From the IMG/VR virus record IMGVR_UViG_2588253764_000003: a stretch of DNA of 64,000 nucleotides; one strand, written 5' to 3'. This DNA is from a virus (lineage: Duplodnaviria; Caudoviricetes). The position numbers and the translations under genes were made by a program. The notes below the pieces were generated by a model. That model made no database searches, had not been told where the DNA came from, and saw only the letters and a list, made by a program, of their open reading frames with translations. Of the stretch, positions 61,343 to 64,000 are shown in pieces (the stretch's first letter is position 1; each line of letters opens with the position of its first letter).

Positions 61343-64000
61343 CTATTCAATTTCTCTTAATACCAAATTTGGTAAGTTCTTAACGATTTTCATTGTCTCT
61401 AAACTTACGGTAATAACCCTTTGAAATAACTCTAGAGGGTAGGCAGGGTTGCCAACGGTTTCAACAGCATAGCGATTAGCATCATTCACAATACCACTCT
61501 TTTTATCAGTCTTTACACATTGACGCCCCATAACCCATTCAAGAGCAGGCTTGCCATTGACTATATACTCATAAGCTTCAAGAGGGATATCTGTCATAAT
61601 GATATTGCTGTTATAAATGACAGTTGATTTATCCTTTTCGGATTTTCCTTTCTCTTTAGCTGCTTTTGCGAATTTCATTTCAGTTACATAATAGAATTTT
61701 TCGGGATTAGAAATCTTTGTTAGTTTTGGATTACCTTTTTTAAAGGTCACTGGATAAGGTTCTATGCTTTCGTAATTCACATGCAAATGACCCAATTCAC
61801 GTCCTGCTGTTACAAATTTCCAAAAATCATCAGCACTCTTTACACAAGGAATGCGAGGTAATTCTTTGCATAAATTATCAGCATAACGAGAGCGATAATC
61901 TTCCGAATGCAAAAGACCGTAAACATAATAGAATAGATCATCTTTTGTTATGGTGTCATTAGGATAAGCAGCTTTAAAATGGTCTAGACCTTCATCAGTA
62001 ATAGCATCACGCTTCTGTAAACCAGTTGTTTGGTTTTCCTCTATAGAGTTTGTAAATAAATGGGATTGTTTTTCATTTTTACTTTTTGAAACCGTAGTGT
62101 CTTCATAAATATAGCGTGGAAAACATTGTCCATTTTCTATCACATGAAAATCAGATACTGTCTTAATCATAATAACAGAAAAATCTTTATTTGCTCCTAT
62201 ACCTGTAATTTGTATCACTCTATTTTCAACCGTTTGCCCTATAGGAAATATCCGCGGCATTTGATAAACTCTTTCATTGAAAACGCGATTATAATAAAAC
62301 CACTGTCGTGTAAAAGGACGGTAAAGGCTTTGTGTGAAGCATTTTTCTTCAAGTTCAAAGATTGTTTCTCTTACCAATTCTTGTTTAACATTATGACTCC
62401 AACTGATTTTTTTGGCATTCGTATTGATAAAATCATTTACAGCCCTTGTACGTGCTTTATGATCAGCATGTACATAAGTATCATTAAAACGTTCCACTTC
62501 ACTATTGTAGAATGCAATCATGTTATTCATATTCTTTGCTAAAGCTTCACGGCTTGCATTATATGCCCATGCATCACGGCTAGTGATAATTCCACAAGAA
62601 AAATTTTCAAAAAATTTTTTACCATGACCTTTTTTATCATCTTTATCACCTATAGCTAAAAATGATTTGAAACTATCATCACGTTGACTAAGCCAATCCC
62701 CATGCTTATCCGGTGTAATTATTTTCCAACCTTGTTTACTCCGTGTAATGCCATCAATACTACCAAGGGATTCTATTATCGTAAGCTTTTCTTTTCTCGT
62801 GAGAGAATCTCCAATATCACGGAAATATATTTTCCCATGTTGTTGAGATTCTGGATTTTTTACGAGAATAGAGATAGCAATAGGGGCACGAGAGCCTTCA
62901 CCAAAAATTCCATCACCTTCTTTTTTACGCGGTTCTCCAGAAATTCGTGCATTTCCCCGTAAATGGAAAATATAAAGGCTTGAAAATTCCTCAACGAGGC
63001 ATTTGCGTAAACTATCCATAGAATGTCCAGTAATAAAACCGGCATTTGTAACAAAACCAATAACACCACGGTCTTTTATACGGTCACTTGCCCAGCGAAT
63101 GGCACGTATATAGCTGTCATACAGACCTCGTATAAGACTTGCTTTCGATTGAGCCGCATAAGTTTCACTGATCCGTTTATCTAAAATCGGATAAGGAGTA
63201 TTTTTCGCATTATCGTTTTCACTCTTTTGTCCTATAGAATAAGGAGGGTTACCAAAGATAACTTCGATATTTAGTTTCTTTTGAAGTTCTAAATATTCAC
63301 TGTTTTCCTTGAGCATACCGTCTATCAAATTTTTTTCTTTAAGCGTCTGAAACGTATCAGCCAAACCAATATGCTTGAAAGGAATGTAATCACCTTTCAT
63401 CAATCCATGATAGGTTGCTTCAATGTTAATGGCTGCTATGTAATAAGCTAAGAGAACAATCTCATTGGCATGGATATCATGACGGAATTTATATTCCATA
63501 TCCTCTGGTTTGATGAGATCTGATTGTAAAAGCCTTGTGATAAAGGTACCCGTTCCAGTGAAAGGGTCGAGAATGGAGACACCCCGTGACCCCAAGCTTT
63601 TGCCAAACTCTTTACGCAACACATCATCAATAGAATGAATGATAAAATCAACAACCTCAACGGGGGTATAAACAATCCCAAGCCTATCGGTGGTTTTCTT
63701 AAATGCCTTGGTAAAAAAATCTTCATAAAGCTTGATAATAAGGTTTTGTCTTGCTTGGGGGGAGGTAATCCCAGAGGCACGGAATTTCACACTGTCATAA
63801 AACTCTTGTAACTCTTTTGATACTTGCTTGATATTGGTTTTATCCAACTCAGCTAAAATCTTTTCCATGGCTTGCGAAATGGCATTGTTTTGTACAAATT
63901 CATTGCCCTCAAACAAAGCTTCAAACACGGGACGCGTCACAAGATGTTGCGCTAACATCTCAATGGCTTCCTCTTGCTTTATTTCACTGTTTAAATTGTT
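61343..64000 (-). CDS. Type ISP restriction-modification enzyme, second allele (5' part outside window)
   Basis: LDPFTGTG, GNPPY; colinear with 43788..48746. Confidence 0.9.
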   Translation of the reverse strand, partial: NNLNSEIKQEEAIEMLAQHLVTRPVFEALFEGNEFVQNNAISQAMEKILAELDKTNIKQVSKELQEFYDSVKFRASGITSPQARQNLIIKLYEDFFTKAFKKTTDRLGIVYTPVEVVDFIIHSIDDVLRKEFGKSLGSRGVSILDPFTGTGTFITRLLQSDLIKPEDMEYKFRHDIHANEIVLLAYYIAAINIEATYHGLMKGDYIPFKHIGLADTFQTLKEKNLIDGMLKENSEYLELQKKLNIEVIFGNPPYSIGQKSENDNAKNTPYPILDKRISETYAAQSKASLIRGLYDSYIRAIRWASDRIKDRGVIGFVTNAGFITGHSMDSLRKCLVEEFSSLYIFHLRGNARISGEPRKKEGDGIFGEGSRAPIAISILVKNPESQQHGKIYFRDIGDSLTRKEKLTIIESLGSIDGITRSKQGWKIITPDKHGDWLSQRDDSFKSFLAIGDKDDKKGHGKKFFENFSCGIITSRDAWAYNASREALAKNMNNMIAFYNSEVERFNDTYVHADHKARTRAVNDFINTNAKKISWSHNVKQELVRETIFELEEKCFTQSLYRPFTRQWFYYNRVFNERVYQMPRIFPIGQTVENRVIQITGIGANKDFSVIMIKTVSDFHVIENGQCFPRYIYEDTTVSKSKNEKQSHLFTNSIEENQTTGLQKRDAITDEGLDHFKAAYPNDTITKDDLFYYVYGLLHSEDYRSRYADNLCKELPRIPCVKSADDFWKFVTAGRELGHLHVNYESIEPYPVTFKKGNPKLTKISNPEKFYYVTEMKFAKAAKEKGKSEKDKSTVIYNSNIIMTDIPLEAYEYIVNGKPALEWVMGRQCVKTDKKSGIVNDANRYAVETVGNPAYPLELFQRVITVSLETMKIVKNLPNLVLREIE

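Larger units (their letters stand above)
55222..64000. mobile_element. Satellite-like island 2 (partial), homologous to island 1
   Basis: Colinear with island 1 from ~37540: non-coding tract, repeat-protein array, C4-like leader, iterons, Type ISP gene; left boundary approximate. Confidence 0.8.

Noticed and set aside
55230-64000. Island 2 as an assembly duplication of island 1
   Set aside because: Many substitutions and indels, with different cassettes, C4 keys and specificity loops

Overview
AT-rich alphaproteobacterial DNA, most likely Bartonella (inferred from gene content), that is almost entirely mobile. It begins with an MFS gene, a decayed P2-like tail remnant and a toxin-antitoxin cluster. 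Two related lambdoid prophage early regions follow in mirror orientation (A ~8.3-24.6 kb; B ~24.7-55.2 kb), meeting at a tRNA-3'-end att remnant. Two copies of a P4-integrase satellite-like island are inserted inside prophage B genes: one splits ssb (37.5-53.4 kb), and one truncates a putative small terminase gene and runs off the window (from ~55.2 kb). Each island carries a Type ISP restriction-modification gene with different specificity loops and a 4-gene array of YdcK-like hexapeptide-repeat proteins separated by a GC hairpin repeat. Each also has a C4-like antisense RNA leader and a ~1.4 kb non-coding tract studded with short palindromic snippets that appear to derive from phage antirepressor (AntA/Rha) genes. 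The main candidate novelties are this palindrome-snippet collection, five C4-like switches with covarying keys, and the polarised repeat-protein cassette arrays. All family calls are by eye; no searches were run.
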